Source: Syntrophales bacterium (lineage in GTDB: Bacteria > Desulfobacterota > Syntrophia > Syntrophales > CG2-30-49-12). Taken from it: DNA of 64,000 nucleotides. The stretch spans positions 79,540 to 143,539 of the forward strand of contig JBAZOY010000001.1 in assembly GCA_041648505.1 (NCBI GenBank), read 5' to 3'. Below the pieces are notes generated by a model. It ran no database searches, had not been told where the DNA came from, and saw nothing but the letters and a program-made list of their open reading frames with translations. A program made the position numbers and the translations under genes. Positions 63,989 to 64,000 of this stretch are shown in pieces (positions within the stretch are counted from its first letter, which is position 1; the number at the start of each line of letters is the position of its first letter).

Positions 63989-64000
63989 GATGATCTATAA

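Overview
The gene content looks like an anaerobic, syntrophic-type deltaproteobacterium (Desulfobacterota/Syntrophales-like). That assignment is inferred only from gene content (iorAB, etfBA plus a membrane FeS oxidoreductase, archaeal-type apgM, acyl-CoA enzymes) and no search was run. I support about 58 protein-coding genes. I recognised no rRNA, tRNA or CRISPR array by eye.

Layout:
- 1-20.2 kb: an MSHA-type type IV pilus locus. It holds minor pilins, a HicAB and a Phd/RelE toxin-antitoxin pair, and a major pilin with a sigma-54 promoter. It also holds a membrane-anchored sigma-54 activator, platform protein, MshE-type ATPase, ExeA/MshM ATPase, lipoprotein secretin, PilP/PilO-like proteins and a PilM-PilN fusion. 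The locus is bracketed by two multi-TM glycosyltransferase/ligase-TPR proteins. A second sigma-54-driven pair of GspG-like pilins follows.
- 20.4-43.3 kb: mostly housekeeping genes (coaBC, UDG, NfeD/SPFH, suhB-like, rsmG, acyl-CoA mutase, polA, cobB-like, tyrA, aroC, pyrDK, rimI and others). This stretch is interrupted by a small decayed accessory patch at 32.5-36.1 kb containing an integrase remnant, secreted proteins and a twice-frameshifted GGDEF gene.
- 43.5-53.5 kb: a minus-strand island in which res and the outer parts of mod look GC-richer by eye. It ends in an abi(Abi_2)-mod-res (type III R-M) operon and a RadC remnant.
- 53.5-64 kb: iorAB, etfBA, a membrane FeS oxidoreductase, apgM, a crotonase and an acyl-CoA ligase.

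Hunt highlights:
- Two dispersed MITE/REP-like intergenic repeat families (at least 6 and 4 copies). One carries terminator hairpins and one supplies a gene's stop codon.
- A G9 tract inside the 5' end of the pilus-linked glycosyltransferase.
- A receiver-less, membrane-tethered sigma-54 activator, with a perfect sigma-54 promoter and TCTACT-N3-AGTAGA palindromes upstream of the GspG-like pilin genes.
- An Abi-Mod-Res operon with a promoter-then-terminator leader and a low-GC mosaic specificity domain in mod.
- Several homopolymer-associated frameshifts, which may be real decay or assembly error.

I did not find a clearly novel multi-gene system that I can defend. The defence island and the repeat families are the best candidates for follow-up.
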